Shown here piece after piece: positions 47,842 through 57,792 of a stretch of DNA of 64,000 bases (position 1 is the first letter of the stretch; every line of letters starts with the position of its first letter). Both the position numbers and the translations under genes were made by a program. Source of the stretch: Desulfosudaceae bacterium (lineage in GTDB: Bacteria; Desulfobacterota; Desulfobacteria; Desulfobacterales; Desulfosudaceae); assembly GCA_963674745.2 (NCBI GenBank), contig CAXXDV010000003.1, positions 1,056,001 to 1,120,000 of the forward strand, in the 5' to 3' direction. The notes below the pieces were generated by a model, which was not told where the DNA came from, made no database searches, and saw only the letters and a program-made list of their open reading frames with translations.

Positions 47842-48288
47842 TTGGAAATTAAAGTGGTGTTTTACCGTGGCCGTCTGTTTCTTCTGATGTACGGGCTCGG
47901 CCGGGTAATATGGGTTGCGGCAATCATTAACGGGGACTTTCGAGAGTGGCTGAAGGAAACACCTTTTACCTTTGTCATGAAGGCCGCTGACGGCGGGCCC
48001 ATTCGATATTTCCAGGGCATTAACGGAAAACTTCGCACCAGCCGCAAACCCATTCCCATGCCGGCTGACGCGCCGGAAATCAAGCCCTTCGGCCTTGTCT
48101 GGAAAGACAGTAAATCCGGCGGGCAGGCCATGTACGACATGCTGATGGGAAAATCCAAAGCCCTGAATGACGCCGTGGCCGACGGTGTACTGATGCTGGA
48201 AGGTGAAGGGCAGATGGTTTTCTGGTTTTTAAAAACAATCAGCAGATTGAATCGCGTCTTCCACCCGAAAAAGAGGCCAAAAAAATAA
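47842..48288 (+). CDS. Hypothetical protein, SCP2-like
   Basis: ALNDAVADGVLMLEGEGQMVFWF resembles an SCP2 C-terminus; TTG start after GGGAG. Confidence 0.55.
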   Translation: MEIKVVFYRGRLFLLMYGLGRVIWVAAIINGDFREWLKETPFTFVMKAADGGPIRYFQGINGKLRTSRKPIPMPADAPEIKPFGLVWKDSKSGGQAMYDMLMGKSKALNDAVADGVLMLEGEGQMVFWFLKTISRLNRVFHPKKRPKK

Positions 48289-48330
48289 CCAGCCCTAAAG
48301 GATGTATCCGTAAAAAGTCAAATAGGAGAC

Positions 48331-49692
48331 ATGGCCATGAGACCTGCCCCAAAAACCATCGGTATCGTTTTGTTGTTTGCCTTTCTGTTGTCCGTTGTCA
48401 ATGCCTATGCGGATGAGGCCGGGCAGGATCCGACACCGGACCAGGCGGCGGCAGCCACTGCCGCCGGAGACACCCCGGCCGTAACCGAAACCTATTTTGA
48501 TCCCGAACTGGAAAGCATCCTGGCGGTCAAGGAACGTTCACGGTACGATTTTCTGGCCCGGCTGACACCGGAAGAACAGCACCAGCTGGCCCGCATGATC
48601 AAAGAGCGGGTGGACGATGAAGCCGGGGTCGTCGTCTCCATCATGGCCATTGTGTCCCGTTTTGTACCGGCCTTTATCAGTGCGCAGTTCGCGGACAAGA
48701 TGGAACCCGCTGTGGTGGCCCGGATTTCCGACAAGGTGTCCGTCGGCAAGGCCATTGCCATCGGTAAACGTCTCGAGCCCGAGTTCCTGGCTGAAGTGGC
48801 CGTATACCAGGACCCGAAAAAAGTCACGGCAGTGGTCGAAGGACTGCCTGACGAGGACCTGACGAAAATTACCCGGATTCTTTTTGACAGGGGTGAGTAC
48901 CGGATCGTAGCCGGGTTTTCGGACGGCCTGAGCCCGGAAAAACTCCGGTCAGTGGCCGAGAAGATCAATGACCCGGCCACCCTGATCGAGATCGCGCGCT
49001 ACATGAAAAACCGGGACAAAACAGTTAAAACCGCGATCTCCCTGTCCGATGACTACCTGCTGGGTTTTATGAACCTGCTTTCCAGTGAAGAAGATTACAA
49101 ACTGGCCGCGGCTGTGGGCCGTGAGCTGGATCCGGATCGCCAGATCAGAATGCTCAACCGGCTGGATATGGATAAAGCCGCCATGATCGCATCTTACTAT
49201 CCGCCCGAGACCATTGCCCGGATTATGGAAATGGCCGAAGACGGTGTGCACGATACCTATCTTTATGACATCACCCGGATTCTGCTGGAAAGAGGTGATT
49301 ATCAGGTTATGGCCGGATTCTCGGACGCCCTCAGTGTTGAAATGCTGACCGATGTTGCCAAAAGCATCAATGACCCGGCCGGCCTGATTCGGATCGCGCG
49401 ATACATGAAGGACAAGGAAAAAATAGCCCTGACGGCCATAGGGCTCCCCGATGACTACCTGCTGGGGTTTTTATCCCAGATTTCCAGCAGGGAAGATTAT
49501 GAACTGGCTGCCATCGTGGGCCAAAAAATGGATATCGACCGGCAGATCAGCATGCTTTCCCGGCTGGATACGGAAAAGGCCGTCCGCCTGGCCTCTTATT
49601 ATCCCTCGGAAACCCTGACGCAGATTCTGGAAAAATCAGATGATGAGCGCCTTGCCGAAATCGCCCCGCGACTGAAGGGGTGTATAAAATAG
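48331..49692 (+). CDS. Exported all-helical protein with internal duplication of about 135 aa
   Basis: Signal peptide; ITRIL..RG.Y...AGFSD.LS...INDPA.LI.IARYMK...DDYLLGF occurs twice. Confidence 0.7.
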   Translation: MAMRPAPKTIGIVLLFAFLLSVVNAYADEAGQDPTPDQAAAATAAGDTPAVTETYFDPELESILAVKERSRYDFLARLTPEEQHQLARMIKERVDDEAGVVVSIMAIVSRFVPAFISAQFADKMEPAVVARISDKVSVGKAIAIGKRLEPEFLAEVAVYQDPKKVTAVVEGLPDEDLTKITRILFDRGEYRIVAGFSDGLSPEKLRSVAEKINDPATLIEIARYMKNRDKTVKTAISLSDDYLLGFMNLLSSEEDYKLAAAVGRELDPDRQIRMLNRLDMDKAAMIASYYPPETIARIMEMAEDGVHDTYLYDITRILLERGDYQVMAGFSDALSVEMLTDVAKSINDPAGLIRIARYMKDKEKIALTAIGLPDDYLLGFLSQISSREDYELAAIVGQKMDIDRQISMLSRLDTEKAVRLASYYPSETLTQILEKSDDERLAEIAPRLKGCIK

Positions 49693-49899
49693 GTTCAAGG
49701 TTCGGGGTTCAGGGTTCAAGGTTCGTGGGTCGATGGGTCGATGGGTACCACGGTCTGTAGGGGCGACCGGCCGGTCGCCCATTTGCCGTTTTCAGGTGGC
49801 TGCCCTTTTTGCCTAAGGCCCGTAGGGGCACGGCGTGCCGTGCCCGTATGCAAAGGGCGACCCGCCGGTCGCCCCTACAATACCTAAAACCCTAAAACC
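49692..49899. repeat. Short tandem repeats plus REPs
   Basis: GGTTC(A/G)(A/G)-type units, REPs at 49757 and 49822-49878, TAAAACCC units. Confidence 0.75.
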
Positions 49900-49901
49900 T
49901 G

Positions 49902-51569
49902 TTAGCCTTTGTAAAGCGCCTTATATTCTTCCCGGATCTCCTTTTTATTCAGCTTTCCCACGCTGGTTTTGGGGATCTGGTCCACAAACAGCACCTCGTC
50001 GGGCAGCTGCCATTTGGCAAAGGTTTTGGCCAGATGGGTCCTGATATCCGCGGCCGTAACCTTGTCTTTTTCGTTCTCGCGTAAAACCACCAGCGCCAGC
50101 GGACGCTCTTCCCATTTGGGATGGGCGATGCCTACCACGGCGGCTTCCAGGACAGCGGGATGGGAGACGATTTCATTTTCCATGTCAACCGAGCTGATCC
50201 ATTCGCCGCCGCTTTTGATGACATCTTTGACCCGGTCGGTGATTTTAACATAACCGTACTCGTCCATGGTGCCCACATCACCGCTTCGCCAGTACCCGTT
50301 TTCCGTGAACTGGTTTTCCGACCCCGGTGCATCATGGTATTTTCCGGTAATCCACGGCCCCCGGATGATGATCTCGCCGGGTGTCCTGCCGTCGGCGGGC
50401 ACTTCATTGCCTGAGGCATCGACCACTTTAACATCCAGCCCCACGACCGGCAGGCCCTGTTTTTTCTTTAACTCCCATTTCTGGTCTTCGTCCAGTTCGG
50501 CCTCCAGCCAGGGCATGATCCGGTTGGTGGTCACCATGGGCGTGGTTTCAGTGGCGCCGTAGGCATGAATAATCTCGGCCCCGGTCATGTCCATGAAACC
50601 CTTCATCATGGATACCGGCGGTTCGCTGGCACCCGAAAGCATCCGCGCGCCCTTCAGGTCGGGCTTGTCATCCAGGCCGCGGATGTACTCTAAAAGCGGC
50701 ATGAAGATAGCCGGGGCACCGGCGCTGACGGTTACTTTTTCGTCTACAATCAGACGGCTGAGCGCCTCCAGTGTATCCAGGGTGTACATGCCCGGAAAAA
50801 CGAGGCGGGCGCCGACCATGGTGGCGGCCTGGCTCAGCCCCCAGCCCAGGGCATGAAACAGGGGCACGATCTGGCAGTAGGTGTCCTGGGCCGAGATGCC
50901 GGCGTTGGCGCCGATGGCGCTGGTGTGAAGATAGACATTTCGGTGGGAGTAATACACGCCCTTGGGACGGCCGGTCGTGCCGGTGGTATAGCAGGCCGCG
51001 TAAGCCGAGGTTTCGTCCATCACGGGCCATTTGAAATCCGGGGAAGCCCCGGCCAGCAGGTCTTCATAAGAAAAAGTATTTTCCAGGGAGGTCTCTACGT
51101 CGGCCAGCTTTTTACCGGGCAGGGTGATGATCACAAATCCTTCCAGGTTTTTGCACAGCGGGGCCACGGCATGGGCTATGGGCAGCAGGGTCTCGTCCAC
51201 AATAATAAACCGGGCACCGGAATGGTCGATCACATAAGCCAGGTCCTGGGGCGTCAGCCGCAGGTTGAGCAGAAGCATGACCGCGCCCATGCCCGGCAGC
51301 CCGAAGTAAATCTCGTAGTTTTCATGGCTGTTCCAGGCCAGTACACCGACCCGGTCACCCACGTTGACGCCGATGGACTTAAGGCCGTTGGCCAGCCGCT
51401 TCATCCGGTCGTAGGCATCGGCATACGTATACTTAAACATACTGCCGTCCAGCCGCCGGCTGACGATTTCCTGGCGTCCGAAAGTGCGGCTGGCGTGCCG
51501 GATGATATTGGTTACATTAAGCTGATAGTTGTCCTGGCTGGTGGCGGGAAATCCCTTGATGATGTCCAT
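49902..51569 (-). CDS. Fatty-acid--CoA ligase (AlkK/DmdB-like)
   Basis: YTTGTTGRPKGV, AYGATET, SGDVG, DRVKDVIKSGGEWISS, PKTSVGK. Confidence 0.93.
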   Translation of the reverse strand: MDIIKGFPATSQDNYQLNVTNIIRHASRTFGRQEIVSRRLDGSMFKYTYADAYDRMKRLANGLKSIGVNVGDRVGVLAWNSHENYEIYFGLPGMGAVMLLLNLRLTPQDLAYVIDHSGARFIIVDETLLPIAHAVAPLCKNLEGFVIITLPGKKLADVETSLENTFSYEDLLAGASPDFKWPVMDETSAYAACYTTGTTGRPKGVYYSHRNVYLHTSAIGANAGISAQDTYCQIVPLFHALGWGLSQAATMVGARLVFPGMYTLDTLEALSRLIVDEKVTVSAGAPAIFMPLLEYIRGLDDKPDLKGARMLSGASEPPVSMMKGFMDMTGAEIIHAYGATETTPMVTTNRIMPWLEAELDEDQKWELKKKQGLPVVGLDVKVVDASGNEVPADGRTPGEIIIRGPWITGKYHDAPGSENQFTENGYWRSGDVGTMDEYGYVKITDRVKDVIKSGGEWISSVDMENEIVSHPAVLEAAVVGIAHPKWEERPLALVVLRENEKDKVTAADIRTHLAKTFAKWQLPDEVLFVDQIPKTSVGKLNKKEIREEYKALYKG

Positions 51570-51746
51570 GTTTGCTTCCTCCGCGGTTATATTTTTTTAT
51601 CTGTCTGTCTTGAACACTTCGGACGGTTAAAGGTGTTGTTGTTTTAGGTTTTAAAGTTTTATGGTGTTAGAGTTTTAAGGTATCAGGCCTTAGTAATGCC
51701 TTGTCTTGTAGGGCCCCCCCGCGGTTGCCCTCATAATCCCCGGCCC

Positions 51747-52129
51747 GTAGGGGCAACCCCCTGTGGTTGCCCTTCACCAGGGCAGGCACGGGGGCCTGCC
51801 CCTACATTGTTCATGAACGATTTCCACGGTATTCATAAACATTCCCCACGGCCCGTAGGGGCAACCCCCTGTGGTTGCCCTTCACCAGGGCAGGCACGGG
51901 GGCCTGCCCCTACATTGTTCATGAACGATTTCCACGGTATTCATAAACATTCCCCACGGCCTGTAGGGGCAACACCCTGTGGTTGCCCTTCATCAGGGCA
52001 GGCACGGGGGCCTGCCCCTACATTGTTCATGAACGATTTCCACGGTATTCATAAACATTCACCACGGTCCGTAGGGGCAACCCCCTGTGGTTGCCCATCA
52101 CCAGGGCAGGCACGGGGGCCTGCCCCTAC
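51747..52129. repeat. BIME-like array: four REP doublets at 108-bp period
   Basis: Starts at 51747, 51855, 51963 and 52071 with a near-constant 49-bp linker; bracketed by inverted 8-mer tracts 51642-51680 and 52386-52516. Confidence 0.92.
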
Positions 52130-52515
52130 ATTGTTCATACACATTCGCCGTTCATAAACATTCCCCACGGCCCGTAGGGGTTGATGCAAGGGAAGGCCAA
52201 ATGCCTTCCCTTACATCGTTCAACCCCACCCCGGGTGTTGAACCCCGTCCTCCACTCGCAAAATTAAACCTCAAACCTGATTTATGCTTTGTCGGGTGCC
52301 ACGGGCAAAGCGAAGCTTGCCCGTGCCATACCTCAAACCTCAATCTTTCTCCCGCGAAGCGGGCCACAGCCAATCTCAAACCCCGCCACCTTAACCACTT
52401 AACCACATAATCACTTAACCACATAACCACTTAACCACATAACCACATAACCACATAACCACAGCGCCATAACACCTTAAAACCCTAAAACTTTAAAACT
52501 TTAAAACTTTAAAAC

Positions 52516-54051
52516 CTATTTCGCCCAACCCGGCAAGGTGTTCATATCAATGCCGAAAACAACACTGCCCAGAAAATAGAACAATGTGGCAATCACAATC
52601 GCGCCGATAATGTTAATACCCATCCCGACTCTGGCCATGTCGGATATTTTCACCCGGCCGCTGCCGAAAATAATGGCGTTGGGCGGGGTCGCCACCGGCA
52701 TCATAAAGGCGCATGACGCGGAAATGGTGGCCGGGATCATCAGCACCAGGGGATTGGTTTTCATGGCTACGCCCATGCAGGCCAGGATGGGCAGGATCAT
52801 TTCCGTCGTGGCCGTATTCGAGGTCAGTTCGGTTAAAAAGGTAATGCCCAGGCAGAGGATCAGGATCATTACAAACGGCGGTACATCAGCCAGTCCGCTG
52901 AACTGTTCGCCGATCCAGGCCGACAGCCCGCTGACCTGGAACCCCTTGGCCAGGGCAAACCCGCCGCCGAACAGCAGCACGATTTCCCAGGGCAGGTTGC
53001 GGACCACTTCGACGTCCATCAGCCGGTCGGCCCGGGCTTCTTTACTTTTAACCGGAATAAAAAACAGGGTCATGGCCATAAAGACGGCCACCGTTCCGTC
53101 ATCGATCATCTCCGGAAAAGGCAGCAGGTTGGACCAGCCGGGTATGGACACAAATCCAATGTCCAGGTTTTTGCGGAACACCCACAATAATGCGGTCAGG
53201 GAAAATACCCACATGACGGCTTTTTCTTCAAACGTGACCGGCCCCAGCTTGCGGTATTCCTCGGTGATGATGCTTTTATCAATAATGACGTGTTCGGGTA
53301 TCCGGAGAAAGAGCCGGGTCAGCAGCAGCCAGACAATGGCCAGCATGATCACCGACAGGGGCAGCCCGAACACGAACCAGGTGCCGAAGCTGATGGGTTC
53401 CGCCCCGGGAAAGGTGATTTGAAAAATCCGCGCAAAAGACAGGTTCGGCGGGGTGCCGACCAGTGTGGCCACACCGCCCAGGGAGCAGGCATAGGCAATG
53501 CCCAGCATCAGACCGGTCGTGAACTGCCGGGTATCGTCCCGGTCGAATGTTTCTTCAAGCTGCAGGATAATGGCCATGCCGATGGGTACCATCATGATGG
53601 CCGTGGCGGTATTGGAAATCCACATGGATAAAAAGGCCGAGGCCAGCATGAACCCGAGGATGATACGGGCCGGGCCGCCGCCGATGACCCTGATGATCGA
53701 CAGGGCGATGCGGCGATGCAGGTGCCATTTTTCCATGGTCAGGGCGATCATGAACCCGCCCAGAAAGAGGAAGATGGTGCTGTTGATATAAATCGGCGCC
53801 GTGGCTTTGCCTTTAAGAATGCCCAGCAACGGGAAAAGCACCATGGGCAGAAGGGCCGTAGCAAACAGGGGAATGGCGTCGGTGATCCACCAGGTGGCCA
53901 TCAAAATCGCCACCGCGGCCATGGCCGGCAAGGTGGTGCTGTCGGTTTCTGGCCGGAAGAGGGTAATCATCAGGATGAACAGAACCGGGCCAAGGACAAG
54001 ACCTGTTTTCTGGCCGGTGGTTTTTCTGTTTTTGCCCTCACGGATGTTCAT
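52516..54051 (-). CDS. DASS/SLC13 sodium:dicarboxylate or sulfate symporter
   Basis: SMWISNTAT, GTPPN, TELTSNTAT, PVATPPNAI. Confidence 0.95.
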   Translation of the reverse strand: MNIREGKNRKTTGQKTGLVLGPVLFILMITLFRPETDSTTLPAMAAVAILMATWWITDAIPLFATALLPMVLFPLLGILKGKATAPIYINSTIFLFLGGFMIALTMEKWHLHRRIALSIIRVIGGGPARIILGFMLASAFLSMWISNTATAIMMVPIGMAIILQLEETFDRDDTRQFTTGLMLGIAYACSLGGVATLVGTPPNLSFARIFQITFPGAEPISFGTWFVFGLPLSVIMLAIVWLLLTRLFLRIPEHVIIDKSIITEEYRKLGPVTFEEKAVMWVFSLTALLWVFRKNLDIGFVSIPGWSNLLPFPEMIDDGTVAVFMAMTLFFIPVKSKEARADRLMDVEVVRNLPWEIVLLFGGGFALAKGFQVSGLSAWIGEQFSGLADVPPFVMILILCLGITFLTELTSNTATTEMILPILACMGVAMKTNPLVLMIPATISASCAFMMPVATPPNAIIFGSGRVKISDMARVGMGINIIGAIVIATLFYFLGSVVFGIDMNTLPGWAK

Positions 54052-54174
54052 CAGCGCTCCATCAGATTTTTCTATTTTAAACCTGAATGTCCATAAAGGC
54101 AAGTTAATCTCCGGAGCGAGGCGGTTTGAGGTGACGAACGTTTGTTCACGTTAGGGGCGTGTTCATGAACAATG

Positions 54175-54297
54175 TAGGGGCAGGCCCCCGTGCCTGCCCG
54201 GCAAAAGGGCAACCACAGGGGGTTGCCCCTACGGGCCGTGGTGAATAAGGGTAACCACCTAAACACGGCAAAAGGGCGACCCGCCGGTCGCCCCTAC
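54175..54297. repeat. REP doublet plus single REP
   Basis: 54175-54232 and 54274-54297. Confidence 0.82.
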
Positions 54298-54335
54298 GGG
54301 CCGTAGAAAGCGTTCGTCACCCCGAACCCCTTTCT

Positions 54336-55181
54336 TTATGGCATCAACCGATCAATTTTACGCGTCAAAACCTCCTGCCCGGACAGCTCATGATCGTACC
54401 CGTAAACCGCCCCTTCCCATGAACCGTAAATGGGGTTGGGCAGCACGATCCATTTTTCCGCCCAGAACGGGGCATAGGCTTCGGCCGCTTTGATCCGGTT
54501 TTCCGGTTTGTCTTTCATGCCGCTGATAAAATCGCCCAGGTTGTCCCCGGCCATCAGTATGACACGATAATCCCCGCAGATCCGGCGCCGCCGGCTGCAT
54601 TTGTTCGATGACGTGTCACCGCATTCGCCTTTGGAGTAAATCGAATCCACGCCTTTTGCGACCGGGAACCCCTCATTTTTCAGGTTTTTCAAAGTCCAGG
54701 GCTCCACGGACACGGGCCGGTTGGTGACATAGAAAACGGTAACACCTTTTTCTTCGGCCGCCCACTTGATAAACGCCAGGGCACCGGAAATACTTTTGGC
54801 CGAAGCGGTGCGGGTCCACTCATCCCAAAGGGCCTGGTTGAACCGGCGGCCCTGCTTTATCATCTGTGCCTGGAAACCGGTGGTGTCGAGCACGGTTTCG
54901 TCAATATCCACGATAATCGCCGGGGGCAGGGCACCAAAATCCGTGCCGACCTGTTCGACGGCGGCCGTCCAGGTCGGATCGGCCAGTGCCTTTTCCACGG
55001 ATGTCCGGGCCCGCTGATAGGCCTGGGTGGTCATCATCCGGTATTCGGCCGAGGTCTGCATCCACAGGGTAGCGTTCAGTGTTTCACAGCCATCTTGATA
55101 TTTCGGGGCCGTGCAGCAGGCCGCCATCATTAACGCCGGCATGATCGCCAGGCAAAACCATTTCATCATTTTCATATTCAT
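54336..55181 (-). CDS. Class C acid phosphatase / e(P4)-family 5'-nucleotidase lipoprotein
   Basis: Lipobox-like MAAC, WMQTSAEY, DIDETVLD, VTNR, GDNLGDF, LPNPIYGSWE. Confidence 0.92.
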   Translation of the reverse strand: MNMKMMKWFCLAIMPALMMAACCTAPKYQDGCETLNATLWMQTSAEYRMMTTQAYQRARTSVEKALADPTWTAAVEQVGTDFGALPPAIIVDIDETVLDTTGFQAQMIKQGRRFNQALWDEWTRTASAKSISGALAFIKWAAEEKGVTVFYVTNRPVSVEPWTLKNLKNEGFPVAKGVDSIYSKGECGDTSSNKCSRRRRICGDYRVILMAGDNLGDFISGMKDKPENRIKAAEAYAPFWAEKWIVLPNPIYGSWEGAVYGYDHELSGQEVLTRKIDRLMP

Positions 55182-55327
55182 TCCGCCCTTTCCCTTTAAG
55201 CATTGTTCCGGCCGGCAAAATCACCCCGGTATTCGCATAGATGAATATACCCCCTAAAACACAATTGATTGAAAGAAAACCCGGGCGTATTTGAGAAATT
55301 TACATGGTTGTATGCGATTTAATATTG

Positions 55328-55514
55328 TAGGGGCAGGCCCCCGTGGCCGACCGGCAAAAGGGCGACCACAGGGGGTTGCCCCTACGGACCGTGGAAGGCG
55401 TTCATGAATATTGTAGGGGCAGGCCCCCGTGCCTGCCCATTTAAAAGGGCAACCACAGGGGGTTGCCCCTACGGGTGCAGAAATTGTTGAACCCTAAAAC
55501 CCCTGCGAAGCAGG
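55328..55514. repeat. Two REP doublets and minihairpin
   Basis: 55328-55385, 55413-55472; CCTGCGAAGCAGG 55502-55514. Confidence 0.82.
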
Positions 55515-55595
55515 TTGCAAAGCAGGATTGCATCAATTGCCCGTTTCTGTTAAAACCACACGTGAGACTGAAACATTCAAACAGGGAGGGGAATC

Positions 55596-56225
55596 ATGAA
55601 AAAAAACCTGCTCATTCCGGCCATCGTTTTTACTTTCGCGCTCATTTTAACCGGCTGCGGCCCGTCTCCGGACGATCAGAAAAAAACCGGGCCCGAACCG
55701 GCAAAGGAAGCCCCCCCGACAACCCGACCGGCACCACAGCAAGCAATTGAACAACCCGCCCCACCGGTTAAAACCGCTGTCCCACCGGTCGAAGAAAAAA
55801 TACCGTCCGAAGCAGCTGAATCACCCGTCGACACGTCCACGGGTTCTGATGCAGTGGCCGATGTGATTGTAATGAAAAATACGACCGCTTTTAAAGAGCA
55901 TACCCGGGCCATTGTCATGTTCACCCACAAAAAACATTTTTTACCGGCCCCGGATGGCCACGCCATTGCCTGCGGTGAATGCCACCATGACAAAGACGGA
56001 CAACCCCTGGAACTTAAAAAGGGCGACGTTGTTCAGGGCTGCATGGCCTGCCATGACAAAACCGATAAACCCAAAAAACCCGCCGGCATGTCCCGGGAAG
56101 AGTGGAGCACCATGCAGCTCGAGTACTACTACGGCGCTATTCATGCCAACTGCATCGACTGCCACAAGGCCGGCGAAGCCGGTCCCACCAAGTGCAATGA
56201 ATGCCACCCCAAACCGGAGGAATAA
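55596..56225 (+). CDS. Lipid-anchored tetraheme cytochrome c3
   Basis: Lipobox LTGC, Pro-rich linker, FTHKKH, CGECHH, CMACH, CIDCH, CNECH. Confidence 0.93.
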   Translation: MKKNLLIPAIVFTFALILTGCGPSPDDQKKTGPEPAKEAPPTTRPAPQQAIEQPAPPVKTAVPPVEEKIPSEAAESPVDTSTGSDAVADVIVMKNTTAFKEHTRAIVMFTHKKHFLPAPDGHAIACGECHHDKDGQPLELKKGDVVQGCMACHDKTDKPKKPAGMSREEWSTMQLEYYYGAIHANCIDCHKAGEAGPTKCNECHPKPEE

Positions 56226-56413
56226 GCGAACCCCTATCGGCCTCAACCTGCCCGGAAAAGGGCAACCACAGGGGGTTGCCCCTACGGGCCGTGGAAAATG
56301 TTCATGAACAATATTCGCGATAGGGCCGCCCCCGACAACATTCGGATCGGGTCGCCTTACAACATTCGTGAACGATCCCGGAGCCTCAAACCCAAAACCC
56401 TGAAACCGTTTTT

Positions 56414-57556
56414 CTAATTGTTCCCGGACAGATCTAACCTTGTCAACCAGTTGTGGGCTGAGCGGATTTCAGAACCGTCAGGATAGGTTTTTTCTTTTTT
56501 AAGAGATTTGACCAGTTGGATTTTTCTGATACCTGAGAAATACTTTGCAAATACATCAAAATTGGGGCTCAAGGCGTCATCCTGCCATTTTACTTCCAGC
56601 ATTAACACCGGTGACTCGGATCGGGTCACCAGAAAATCGATTTCTTTGCCTTCTTTATTTTTTAGATAATAAAGTCCGCGGGTCTCGCCAAAACAATCTT
56701 CCAGAAAATGAATTTCCTTCATCAGGGCGCAGGCCACCAGATTTTCCAGCTTGACACCCTGGTCGCCGATTACCTGACCGGTATCGTAAAAATAGAACTT
56801 GGGTGATTTTAAAATCGCCCGGGCAATGTTTTTGTGGTACGGGGGCACCTTGAAAATAACATACATGTTTTCCAGGATGGTCAGCCATCGCTTGACGGTT
56901 TTATCCGAGCACTGCAGGTCTTCCGCCAGGGAGTGGTAGGAGATCGGGCTGCCTACCCGTCGTTTCAGAAGCTGAATCAGGGTTTCAATGGCCGATATTT
57001 CCTGAACGTTTTCAAGCTCGATCAGGTCCTGCCGGATAATAATATCAAGGTGTGACTTTTGCCAGCGTTTATAAAAAGGGCCTTTGCCTTTTAAAAACGG
57101 TTCGGGAAAACCACCTGTATCGAGCAGTTTGTCCAGCTCCTTCCCGGGATTGTCCGGTTTTAAAAAGGTACCGATTTCTTTTAAATCCAGGGGATGAAGC
57201 CGGAACTGAAAAAAACGACCGGCCAGCGAATCCCCGACTTTTTTGTATGTATCCAGCCGGGCACTGCCGGTAACCAGCAGGGCTGGCGGAATTCCTTCTG
57301 TATCAAAAATGCCTTTGATCCAGGACTTCCAGTTTTTCAGTTTGTGCAGCTCATCAAAAATAATCAGCTCTTTTGACCGGTCCCATGATTTGTCAGATAT
57401 ATCCAGCCGATGCTCGGCATTATCATAATTAAAATAATCAAAGCTTTCGGTCAACATTTTGGACAATGTTGTCTTGCCTGCCTGTCGTGGGCCTGTCAAA
57501 AGGATAATTTTTTCCGGCAGATCCTTTTTTATATATGTTTCCAGGTAACGTTTCAT
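56414..57556 (-). CDS. AAA_14 ATPase with DUF4143 and PD-(D/E)XK-like C-terminus
   Basis: GPRQAGKT, IFDE, TGSA, LAGR, GGFPE, KFYFYDTG, EIDF...LEVK. Confidence 0.9.
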   Translation of the reverse strand: MKRYLETYIKKDLPEKIILLTGPRQAGKTTLSKMLTESFDYFNYDNAEHRLDISDKSWDRSKELIIFDELHKLKNWKSWIKGIFDTEGIPPALLVTGSARLDTYKKVGDSLAGRFFQFRLHPLDLKEIGTFLKPDNPGKELDKLLDTGGFPEPFLKGKGPFYKRWQKSHLDIIIRQDLIELENVQEISAIETLIQLLKRRVGSPISYHSLAEDLQCSDKTVKRWLTILENMYVIFKVPPYHKNIARAILKSPKFYFYDTGQVIGDQGVKLENLVACALMKEIHFLEDCFGETRGLYYLKNKEGKEIDFLVTRSESPVLMLEVKWQDDALSPNFDVFAKYFSGIRKIQLVKSLKKEKTYPDGSEIRSAHNWLTRLDLSGNN

Positions 57557-57563
57557 AATGACT

Positions 57564-57612
57564 ATTATGGCATCCGTTCCGAAAAAGTCAAGACTTTTCC
57601 GGAGCGGATGCC
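57564..57612 (-). promoter_or_regulatory. Promoter embedded in a 21-bp inverted repeat; probably leaderless
   Basis: GGCATCCGTTCCGAAAAAGTC-AA-GACTTTTCCGGAGCGGATGCC; minus strand TTGACT-16 bp-CATAAT ends 7 nt before the ATG. Confidence 0.65.
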
Positions 57613-57792
57613 GAATTGGTCAGGGCCTTGCCGTTTTATTGTAGGGGCGACCGGCCGGTCGCCCCTACAACATCCGCAACATTTGAGAATATTCCCGGAC
57701 CTTGACAAAAGGGCACGGCACGCCGTGCCCCTACCGGAACCCCGAACCTCAAACCCCGAACCCATAAGGGTTTCCCCGATGTGAACAAAAAA

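Noticed and set aside
51747..52129. CRISPR-like regular array (also 58806-59476)
   Set aside because: The spacers are near-identical, the repeats are 59-bp REP doublets found throughout the window, and no cas genes are present.
51696..52157. ORFs with 36-aa repeats (also 59041-59514, 11039-11296, 42264-42551)
   Set aside because: Translations of REP arrays whose 108-bp period happens to keep frame; no RBS or other coding evidence.
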